Shown one piece after another: positions 1-8,299 of a DNA stretch of 60,989 nt (positions are counted from its first letter, which is position 1; each line of letters opens with the position of its first letter). The DNA comes from an uncultured Clostridium sp. (GTDB taxonomy: Bacteria > Bacillota > Clostridia > TANB77 > CAG-508), in NCBI GenBank assembly GCA_947245515.1, contig CAMXQV010000005.1, forward strand, positions 1 to 60,989, in the 5' to 3' direction. Both the position numbers and the translations under genes were made by a program. The notes under the pieces were generated by a model. The model worked only from the letters and a program-made list of their open reading frames with translations, ran no database searches and was not told where the DNA came from.

Positions 1-89
1 GTTCTGTTGCATAAGTTATCCGTATCGCTCGTTCCTCGCTAACGGCTAACTTAATTATAGCTTTTTTTTGTAGCTTTTCTAATCGATTT

Positions 90-125
90 ATATTACAAAA
101 ACCTTACGTTTTTGTAAGGTTTGTT
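90..125 (-). terminator. Putative intrinsic terminator after the histidine kinase gene
   Basis: Stem AAACCTTAC (99-107) / GTAAGGTTT (114-122). It runs into a T-rich tract on the minus strand directly after the stop at 127-129. Confidence 0.45.
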
Positions 126-126
126 T

Positions 127-1143
127 TTATGGGTTTATGTAACTGTTTTGAGGTATTGTTATTTTTGTTTCTGTCCCTTCTTTTTCTTCGGATTTTGCTT
201 CGATTTCTATTCCTAGTTTTTTACATAGTTTTTTGCATAGGTATAATCCTATTCCTGTTGATTTTTGGTTGCTATTTCTTCCATTGCTTCCTGTAAAGCC
301 TTTTTCAAAGATTTTTTTTATTTCTTCTTTTTTTATTCCTATTCCCTTGTCTTTTATGTATAGTTTTATTTTTTCTTTTCCTTTTTTGGAATAGATTTCT
401 ATTTCTAGTTTTTTATCTTTTTTTCTGTATTTTATACTGTTTTGTATTATTTGGTTTAATATAAATATTAACCACTTACTGTCTGTATTTACATATTCGT
501 CTAAATCATGTAAATTGATATTTGCTTTTTCCTGTATTAATAGGTTTTTGTTCTTTTTTATACTTTCGCTTACTATATCTTTTAGTTTGTATTTTTTTAT
601 GTAATAGTCTTTTTCTACTGTGCTACTTCTTGCATAATATAATACCTGCTCTATGTAATTTTCTACTTTATCTAATTCTTCATCTATGCTTTTAGTTATA
701 TTGTTTTTATTGTTTTCTATTATCATTTTACTTGTTGCTATTGGCATTTTTATTTCGTGTATCCATAGTTCTATATATTCTTTATAATCTTGTGTTATAT
801 ATTTATACCTATTTACATTTTCTATCATGGATTTATTTATTTCTGTAAGTATGTTTTTTAATAATTTTCCCTCTACAAAACTTGGTGTTTTAATTAGTTC
901 TGTAATCAGATATTTTTGTTCTAAACTCTCTATAGTACTTTCAATTTTTTTATAAAAGTTTCTTTTTGTAACATATTCTTTTATTATACTTATTAAATAC
1001 ATTACAACTATTACAACTGGTATATATATTTTTATAAAGGTGCCTATTGGATATATTGTTAAAAATATTTCTATTGTTAAGATTCCAAATAATAATAAAA
1101 TTATTGTTAATAATTTGTCTTTTAGAAAGTCTTTTAAATTCAT
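127..1143 (-). CDS. Sensor histidine kinase (small, two N-terminal TM helices)
   Basis: 338-aa ORF. H-box HEIKMPIATSKM and C-terminal ATPase G-box STGIGLYLCKKLCKKLG. Hydrophobic N-terminus. Lies immediately downstream of an OmpR-type regulator. Confidence 0.85.
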   Translation of the reverse strand: MNLKDFLKDKLLTIILLLFGILTIEIFLTIYPIGTFIKIYIPVVIVVMYLISIIKEYVTKRNFYKKIESTIESLEQKYLITELIKTPSFVEGKLLKNILTEINKSMIENVNRYKYITQDYKEYIELWIHEIKMPIATSKMIIENNKNNITKSIDEELDKVENYIEQVLYYARSSTVEKDYYIKKYKLKDIVSESIKKNKNLLIQEKANINLHDLDEYVNTDSKWLIFILNQIIQNSIKYRKKDKKLEIEIYSKKGKEKIKLYIKDKGIGIKKEEIKKIFEKGFTGSNGRNSNQKSTGIGLYLCKKLCKKLGIEIEAKSEEKEGTETKITIPQNSYINP

Positions 1144-1161
1144 TTTTTTCTTTCCCTTTTC

Positions 1162-1833
1162 TTATTTTAATATATAGCCTTGTCCTCTTCTTGTTTCTAT
1201 TATTTCTTTTAAATCTAATTCTTTTAATTTATTTCTTAATCTTGTAATATTTACAGTTAAAGTATTGTCATCTATAAAGCATTCATTATCCCATAAACTT
1301 TCCATTATTTCCTCTCTTGATACTATTTTTCCTCTATTTTGTACAAGATGATGTAGTATTTTAAATTCATTTTTTGTAAGTTCTATTTCTCTTTTCTCTT
1401 TTATAATTGTGCTTTTTGAAAGGCTTATTATAAATTCTCTACAATCTATTTTTTCTTGATTTTGCGTTTCTTTTATTGTTCTCCTTAATAAAGATGCTAT
1501 TTTTGCTAATAGTATTTGTAAATTAAAAGGCTTTGTTATATATTGATCTGCTCCATAATTGATGCTTATTAATTCATCTATTTCGTTATCTCTACTTGTA
1601 ATTATTATTATTGCCATTTCTGATTGTTTTCTTATTTCTTTGCATATATATTGCCCATCTATATTTGGTAAATTAATATCTAATAATATTAAATCTGGCT
1701 TTCTATCTATTATGTCTTGTATTGTATTGTCAAATTTTTCTATTGTCTCTGCTTGATATCCATTTTTATTTAAAAAGACTTTTAGTTCCTTTCTTAACTT
1801 TTCATCATCTTCTATAATTAATATTTTTTGCAT
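1162..1833 (-). CDS. Response regulator, OmpR/PhoB family
   Basis: 223-aa ORF. Receiver motifs (IIEDD, LILLDINLP, KPF) and a winged-helix C-terminus (LTKNEFKILHHL, RRGQGYIL). Confidence 0.9.
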   Translation of the reverse strand: MQKILIIEDDEKLRKELKVFLNKNGYQAETIEKFDNTIQDIIDRKPDLILLDINLPNIDGQYICKEIRKQSEMAIIIITSRDNEIDELISINYGADQYITKPFNLQILLAKIASLLRRTIKETQNQEKIDCREFIISLSKSTIIKEKREIELTKNEFKILHHLVQNRGKIVSREEIMESLWDNECFIDDNTLTVNITRLRNKLKELDLKEIIETRRGQGYILK

Positions 1834-1927
1834 TTTATAACCTCCATTAATATTATAACATATACAATTTTTTTTAGTTCTTTTATTTATATTTTTATTT
1901 ATACTTAAACTTTGCTTTTATATTTTT

Positions 1928-3853
1928 CTATAAATTTAACTGTTTAATCTTCTCAAAGGTATTTAAATCATATATTATCACTTGCTTTTGAGATAAAGTA
2001 TAAAATTTATCTTCGATATAAATAGCTCTATCAATATCATAAGTATCTTGTTTAATATCTCCAACTTTTTCAAAACCCTTATCTAAATCAATTTTAAAAA
2101 TAGCGAAACCATCTCTATATTCTTTATCATAATAATTATATGAATTAACTGGGAAACCAATTAACTCTTTATCTTTGTTATAAAATAAAGCCTTATGATT
2201 ATAAATAATTTCAGAATCAACATAAGCTTGACCAATACTTATATTAAACATCTCCCTTGGATTTTCTAAATCAGAGACATCGAACATAGACATTTTCATA
2301 CTTCCCTTAGTAACTCCTCCATATCCATTTGATTTAGTATTATAACCAATACCTATAATATGTGTTTCATCATATGGATGTAAGTAACTACTATATCCTG
2401 GAATTTTTAATTGTCCTTTAACAACTGGATTTCTTGGATTTGATAAATCTATTACAAATAGTGGATCTATTTGTTCAAAAGTCACAATATATCCTACTTC
2501 TCCAAGAAATCTAACAGAATATATCTTTTCACCTTTTGCTAAATCCTTTATAGCCCCAATTTCTTTTAAATTTTCATCTAATATAAATAATTGATTTGTT
2601 GTATTCTCCTTGTCATAGGATGTAGTAGCAATTCTTAATTTTCCATCAAATTCATCCATTGAAAATTGATTATTCAAATATCCATCTATATTTGCTTTAC
2701 ACTGTAATTGAATTTGCGATGCTTTCATATTAAATTTATATATAATATTTTCTGATTTATCTGAAAGAAAACCACTTTTATAAATTTGTTGTGTAATATA
2801 TAAATTTTCTTCACTTGCATAAATAGTATCACTTGCTCCAAAAAAGGTTTCAGTATTTACTTCTTTATTATCATAAATATTAAAGCCTGCTACTATCATA
2901 TAATTGTAGCTTTCAGTATCTTTAAAATATGCTATATCTGTACAAGGAATTGTCTTTTTTTCTTGTGTACTATTTGTATCTTTTACACATGGTAGAAGAA
3001 TATCATCTTCCATTTTTGTATCATAATAAGGTGTTTTGTTACTAATAAAGTAAATATTATCTCCTATCCTTCTTGATTGTATATAATTGCCATCTAACCC
3101 TACTGTTCTAATTAATTTTATATTACTCTTATTAGAAATATCATAGGTTAAGGCTTTAGCCATTCTACTAGAATAAATTAGTGATGTATCTATTGTTTCT
3201 TGGGTATTTCTTCTTTTCTTTTCTTCAAAAAATTCCTGACTATTTCCTAAAATGACTAGTCTATTTTCTTTTATATATAATTCTTTTGGATAAAATCTTT
3301 CATTTTTTTCTTCTATTTCTATTTTTGATAAAATTTTTAAGTTATTAGCTTTTATTATATATACTTTTTGTTCTGAAATATAGTAAATATATTCACCATC
3401 TGTTTTCACAATATCTGCTTCATCTACCTTTGATACTTGTACATTTGTCTTTGAAAAATTATCTGTTTTTGCCTCTTGTTTGGTTGTTCCTGAATTAATT
3501 GCTTCTGTAACTGCAACAAAATCCTCTGTAATTAATTTATTTGACTTATTTTGAGCTTTTTTTAAGACGTCTTTTAGTTCCTTTATATCTTTAAATCTTG
3601 GTAAATCATTTTTTATCTTTGATATTTTTGTTTCTGGTATTACCTTTGTTGAAGCTGGCTCATTTCCTTTGTTATAATAAATAAAACTAAAAGAAAACAC
3701 CAAAATAAACATTGCAAAACCTACTACATATTTTGTATATCCAATATTCGTTTTTCTATTTTGTTGTATTTTTTCTAAAGTTCTATTTTTTAAAGCTTTT
3801 GTTACTTTAATTTTGTCAAGTTCACTTTTATATTTTTCTATATTCATCTTCAA
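1928..3853 (-). CDS. Membrane-anchored beta-propeller domain protein, probable anti-sigma partner of the upstream ECF sigma
   Basis: 641-aa ORF. Short cytoplasmic N-terminus plus one TM (YVVGFAMFILVFSFSFIYY). Beta_propel-family motifs VDEADIVKTDGEYIYYI and DPLFVIDLSNPRNPVVKGQLKIPGYSSYLHP. Its start overlaps the sigma gene by 26 nt. Confidence 0.7.
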   Translation of the reverse strand: MKMNIEKYKSELDKIKVTKALKNRTLEKIQQNRKTNIGYTKYVVGFAMFILVFSFSFIYYNKGNEPASTKVIPETKISKIKNDLPRFKDIKELKDVLKKAQNKSNKLITEDFVAVTEAINSGTTKQEAKTDNFSKTNVQVSKVDEADIVKTDGEYIYYISEQKVYIIKANNLKILSKIEIEEKNERFYPKELYIKENRLVILGNSQEFFEEKKRRNTQETIDTSLIYSSRMAKALTYDISNKSNIKLIRTVGLDGNYIQSRRIGDNIYFISNKTPYYDTKMEDDILLPCVKDTNSTQEKKTIPCTDIAYFKDTESYNYMIVAGFNIYDNKEVNTETFFGASDTIYASEENLYITQQIYKSGFLSDKSENIIYKFNMKASQIQLQCKANIDGYLNNQFSMDEFDGKLRIATTSYDKENTTNQLFILDENLKEIGAIKDLAKGEKIYSVRFLGEVGYIVTFEQIDPLFVIDLSNPRNPVVKGQLKIPGYSSYLHPYDETHIIGIGYNTKSNGYGGVTKGSMKMSMFDVSDLENPREMFNISIGQAYVDSEIIYNHKALFYNKDKELIGFPVNSYNYYDKEYRDGFAIFKIDLDKGFEKVGDIKQDTYDIDRAIYIEDKFYTLSQKQVIIYDLNTFEKIKQLNL

Positions 3854-4328
3854 AACCTCCTTCCAATTTTTCCTTTAACATTTCTCTTGCTCTAAATAAC
3901 CAAGTTTTTATTGTTCCTTCTTTTTTCTTCATTAACTTAGCTATTTCTTTTACTTTGTAGCCTTCATAATATAATAAATAGATTACCGTTTTATAATTTT
4001 GAGGTAACTGGTTTACAATAGAAAATACTTCTTGTTCTTCTGTATTTTCAAAGGAAATATTTTCATCTAAGGATACTATTTTTTGGTTCCATGCAGATTT
4101 ATTTATATTTTTTGTTAGATTAATTGTTACACGTATAAACCATGCTTTTTGATGTTCTTCGCTTTTAAAACTTGGCTTTTTTTCGCTATATTTTATAAAA
4201 ACATCTTGAAATATATCTTCTGCATTTTCTATTGTTTTACATCTTGTTAGTGCAATTCTATATACTGTGTCTGCATATTTTTCTATTATTTCTTCTACCT
4301 TTTCTTTTTTTTGCATATTTAATTTCAT
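3828..4328 (-). CDS. ECF-type RNA polymerase sigma-70 family factor
   Basis: 166-aa ORF. Region 2 (DIFQDVFIKY) and region 4 (YYEGYKVKEIAKLMKKKEGTIKTWLFRAREML). Confidence 0.85.
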   Translation of the reverse strand: MKLNMQKKEKVEEIIEKYADTVYRIALTRCKTIENAEDIFQDVFIKYSEKKPSFKSEEHQKAWFIRVTINLTKNINKSAWNQKIVSLDENISFENTEEQEVFSIVNQLPQNYKTVIYLLYYEGYKVKEIAKLMKKKEGTIKTWLFRAREMLKEKLEGGFEDEYRKI

Positions 4329-4533
4329 TCCTTCCTAAGGCACAAATCTGGTTGGAAAAAAATTATAATTATTTTTCAACCTTCCCCTCCTATTACTATT
4401 AATACAAAGTAAATTACCTTTTGGTTTCAAATTTTTTTATTTTTTCATATTTATTATATATTATTATTGAATTAAAAAATACATATAGCAATCTCTTAAA
4501 AAAGAACAACTAAGAAAATAAAAGATTTTCATT

Positions 4534-4642
4534 AATTTGTTCTCACTCGATTTGAGTTTTCGACTGTAAGGAGAAAATCTCAAAGGGCTAGCGATTGTAG
4601 CTTTTTATACAATAGGAAAGTATAACTTTTCTATTGTATAAA
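4534..4642 (+). repeat. Intergenic repeat family A, copy 1 (two-hairpin element)
   Basis: AATTTGTTCTCACTCGATTTGAGTTTTCGACTGTAAGGAGAAAATCTCAAAGGGCTAGCGATTGTAGCTTTTTATACAATAGGAAAGTATAACTTTTCTATTGTATAAA. Near-identical blocks lie at 10515-10608, 19878-19987 (inverted) and 60857-60937. Confidence 0.85.
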
Positions 4643-4710
4643 TAAATTTAAGACTATTAATTAAAAATAAATTAAATATTTATTCCTAACTTAATAGTCT
4701 TAAACTTATA

Positions 4711-5859
4711 TTATCCTATTTTTCTTTTCCTCTTACTAATAATATTTGTAATTAAAATAAATAAAATTGAAAACACAATAATAATTGCCATATTAGTCAA
4801 GATTGGTTTCAAGGTCTCAAAATTAATTACTTCTAATCCTTTAATCAATTCATTATTACTTATATAATAAGAAGATGGTAATACATGTGCAATTTTTAAT
4901 ACAGAATCAGGTAACATTTCCATTGGCACAAAAGCACCACATAAAAAACAAGAACCTAAAGCTATTACATTTACAATTCCATTTATTGCATTTTTATTAT
5001 TTACTAAATTACCAATTAAAAATGCAATTGTTACTGCACAAATTGTAAAAATAAAAGAATTTACAATATAAATTAATCCATGTAAAGTAAACATTACCTT
5101 TCCAATCAATATAAAACTTAAAATCACATAAAAAATCCATAAACAACAAGCAAATAATAAATTAGATAATAAAAGCATTCTATTATACTTTTTATAATTT
5201 GTACTACTAATTAAGGTTCTCTTTGCAACTTTTTGTTCTTTAAAGCTTGAAAGTATTAAACAAATTACATATACACATCCTGCTAAAATACTATAATTTG
5301 CAAAATTATAGTAAAAGGTTGCTTTTTCTATATTCTCTGTATCCAGTTTAGATGTAATTTCTACCTTTGATTGTTTTGATAAAGTATCCTTAATTCTATT
5401 TAATAATACTTCTTCTGAATCATAGTTTTTCTGATAGGTATTTGCAACTTTTATATATCTTTCTAGCATCATTTCTGCAAGACTTGCTTGATAATCTCCT
5501 GTACTTTCTATTTTTATTTCAGGATTTTTACCTTCTAAAAACTCTTTTCGATAATCTTGTGGTATATAAATAATATAATTTACTTCTCTATAAAATAAAG
5601 CATCTTTAATAGCTTCTTCTGTTTGCTCAACTTCTTTTATATTACTATTTTGTTTTATATATTCTATAAGATTTTTAGTAATTCCTTCTTCTTCATCTTC
5701 ATTAATAATTAATACATCAGGTTTACTAGCAACAAAATTCATATTTGTTTCACTTGTTTGCATATTAAAGGCACTAAAAAAAATTAACATTACTGAATAT
5801 AATAAAATTGGCACTTTACATTTATTTAATACTTTTAAAAAGGTTTTAAATACTGTCAT
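4711..5859 (-). CDS. ABC-2 type transporter permease
   Basis: 382-aa ORF. N-terminal TM, large extracytoplasmic loop and a C-terminal block of 5-6 TM helices. Overlaps the upstream permease gene and follows an ABC ATPase. Confidence 0.7.
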   Translation of the reverse strand: MTVFKTFLKVLNKCKVPILLYSVMLIFFSAFNMQTSETNMNFVASKPDVLIINEDEEEGITKNLIEYIKQNSNIKEVEQTEEAIKDALFYREVNYIIYIPQDYRKEFLEGKNPEIKIESTGDYQASLAEMMLERYIKVANTYQKNYDSEEVLLNRIKDTLSKQSKVEITSKLDTENIEKATFYYNFANYSILAGCVYVICLILSSFKEQKVAKRTLISSTNYKKYNRMLLLSNLLFACCLWIFYVILSFILIGKVMFTLHGLIYIVNSFIFTICAVTIAFLIGNLVNNKNAINGIVNVIALGSCFLCGAFVPMEMLPDSVLKIAHVLPSSYYISNNELIKGLEVINFETLKPILTNMAIIIVFSILFILITNIISKRKRKIG

Positions 5860-7027
5860 ATTTTTGCCTCCTTATACTATAAAATGAAATTCCTATCATA
5901 ATAACTGCAAAAACTATTAAGCTTACTATATTAAAGAAATACCTATCTAAAGTATCATAATAATATAAAGAATAAAATCCATCTGTTATCATACTAGCAG
6001 GATTTATTTTATTAATAATTGGAAGATTTTTATCTACAATATATTTCATAGTAATACCCATCATTCCTGATAGGAAACATCCTAACATTGTTACAGAAAC
6101 TACTATACCTGTTTTTATATTTTCATTTGTTTTAAATATAGTTCCAATTGCTAATCCCATTGATAGTCCTGCAAAACTTCCAGATATCGCTAATAAAATA
6201 ATTAATGGTAAATTATTTCCAAAGTCAACTTTTAAAATAAAAATAGTAAATAAAAATAAAAGCAATAGACCTATTAATTGAGTGATATATGAAGCTAGTA
6301 CACTACTTAAAATCACCTTTACTTTAGGTGTTGGAGCCACAGACACTCTTTTTCCATTATTACTCATATTTGCTAAATTTTGATTTATTGCTACCATACC
6401 AAGTATTCCACCATATAAACATGCCATTGCAATTAAAGTATAAAATTCTATCCTTGTATAGCTTAAATTATTACTTGATATATTATTTATTTTTGTGTCC
6501 TGATTTTCTGCAAGATCTACAAGATTTTTATATATCTTTTCATAATCTATATTATAATTTCCTGACATTATTTCTTTTTTGATTTCGTCTTCTGCAAGAT
6601 TTCCAACTATATTACTTGTTCCTATTATTTCTTCAGTAACATATTTTAATATAGTTTGATTAATTCCACTTTCTTTAAATACTACTTTTGGTTCATCTTC
6701 TTTTAATATTATAAATCCATCTATTTCGTCATCTTCTAATAGCTTTTTTGCTTCTTCTTCTGTAGTATATTTTGTATTAAATAATCTATCTTCATTATTT
6801 TCATCACTAAGTGTTTTAAAGGCTTCTTTAAATATTTCGTTTTCTTTAAAGTCTTGATTTTCTATTATTGCTATATTTATAATTTCTAACTTTTCGCTAT
6901 TTTCGATATTTGAAAAGGCCATTTTAAAAAATGTTCCTAATATTATTGGAAAGGCAAAGGTCCAAAATATTAATATTCTATTTCTAGAGAGAGTTTTAAA
7001 GGCATATTTAAAATTATGTATAAACAT
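5846..7027 (-). CDS. ABC-2 type transporter permease
   Basis: 393-aa ORF with the same architecture as its neighbour. Its start (ATG 7027-7025) overlaps the ATPase stop codon (TAA 7029-7027) by 1 nt. Confidence 0.7.
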   Translation of the reverse strand: MFIHNFKYAFKTLSRNRILIFWTFAFPIILGTFFKMAFSNIENSEKLEIINIAIIENQDFKENEIFKEAFKTLSDENNEDRLFNTKYTTEEEAKKLLEDDEIDGFIILKEDEPKVVFKESGINQTILKYVTEEIIGTSNIVGNLAEDEIKKEIMSGNYNIDYEKIYKNLVDLAENQDTKINNISSNNLSYTRIEFYTLIAMACLYGGILGMVAINQNLANMSNNGKRVSVAPTPKVKVILSSVLASYITQLIGLLLLFLFTIFILKVDFGNNLPLIILLAISGSFAGLSMGLAIGTIFKTNENIKTGIVVSVTMLGCFLSGMMGITMKYIVDKNLPIINKINPASMITDGFYSLYYYDTLDRYFFNIVSLIVFAVIMIGISFYSIRRQKYDSI

Positions 7028-7966
7028 TAGTCTCTAAGTTCCTTTCCTGTTAATTCTAAAAATACATCATTTAGTGTTGGTCTTTCTGAATATATTTTGT
7101 TATAGTTTATGTTCTCTCTCTTTAAATACTCTATTAGTTCTACTAAGTTGTTTTTGCCTTTATTATATGTAATAAGTAAAAGGTTTCCATCATAGGTTAC
7201 TTCATCTACTTCTTTTATTTCTCTTAATTTCTCTAAATATTTATTATCTAATTTATTTACTTCTACTGTAACTTTTTCTTCTATTTTTGCTAATTCTTTT
7301 AGTTCATCTGTTGTTCCACTAGCAAGTATTTTACCTTTATCTAGTATTATTACTCTATCACAAATTATTTCAACTTCTTCCATATAATGTGTTGTATATA
7401 CTATTGTTGCTCCTTTATCTCTTAATTTTTTTATTCCATCTAATATGTTGTTTCTACTTTGCGGATCAACTGCAACTGTTGGTTCATCTAAAAATATTAA
7501 TTTCGGTTTATGTGCAATTCCACATGCTATGTTTAGTCTTCTAAGTAATCCACCTGATAATTGTTTTGGATAGAATTTTCTAAACTCTCCTAATCCAACT
7601 AGTTCTATTGCGTCTTCTATATATTCTTTTCTTTTATTTTTATCCTTTATGTATAATCCACAAAAATAATCTATATTTTCATATACTGTTAACTCTTCAA
7701 ATACTGCAACATCTTGAAATATTACTCCTATTTTTGCTTTTATGTCATATGCATCTGGTTTCATGGTTTTTTCAAAAATTTTTATTTCCCCTTTACTGAA
7801 TTTTAATAAAGATAATATACAATTTATTGTTGTTGATTTTCCACTTCCATTTGGTCCGAAGTAATCCTAAGATTTCTCCTTCTTGTACTTCAAAAGATAA
7901 ATCATCTATTGCTTTTAATTCTTTATATTGCTTAGTTAGATTTTTTACCTCAATAATTTTATTCAC
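7027..7966 (-). CDS. ABC transporter ATP-binding protein; reading frame broken at in-frame CGG (7858-7856), needs a +1 shift
   Basis: GTG start at 7966 preceded by GGGGGAAAAGG. N-terminus VNKIIEVKNLTKQYKELKAIDDLSFEVQEGEILGLL. Then CGG-A: skipping the C gives GPNGSGKSTTINCILSLLKFSKGEIKIFEKT, which joins the 245-aa ORF (LSGG signature, Walker B IFLDEP). Total length is 940 nt = 3n+1. Confidence 0.8.
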
Positions 7967-8299
7967 TTTCCTTTTCCCCCTTTATTTGTTTAAACCCTTT
8001 TAACATATCTAATACTGTTTCTCCTAGTAATTTGTTTATTTCTTCGTTCGAAATATTTATCATTTTTGTAGCATAATCTTAGCCATTGTACTACTCTTTA
8101 TAATTTTTGTCTATGTTTTTTATGTTTTCTTTTTATTACGATCACCAATATCCTTCATCTTTAATGAATCTATAAACTTTCCTTTATTTTCTTTTTGTAT
8201 ATTTATTGTATCCACTACAGGTGAATCAATCATTTTTACACTGTCTTCCTTATTAAATAATTTTTTAAAAATCTAATAAATTTTTTTATAATATCCATA

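Noticed and set aside
4400-4430. Possible ECF-type autoregulated promoter (TGAAAC, about 18 nt, GTATTA) upstream of the sigma gene.
   Set aside because: The match is weak, the spacing is off the usual 16-17 nt, and AT-rich sequence yields many such chance matches.
7856-7870. prfB-like mechanism (P-site tRNA slippage stimulated by an upstream SD) for the CGG-A sites.
   Set aside because: Only one site has CUU in the P site. None of the four P-site codons can re-pair in the +1 frame. I see no SD-like element at a consistent distance upstream. Out-of-frame A-site binding or quadruplet reading fits better.
7959-8233. Two small minus-strand ORFs in the spacer upstream of the ABC ATPase: 34 aa at 7959-8063 and 37 aa at 8120-8233.
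   Set aside because: SDs are absent or weak. There is no recognisable composition or motif. The first overlaps the SD and start of the ATPase gene. There is not enough support to call them genes.
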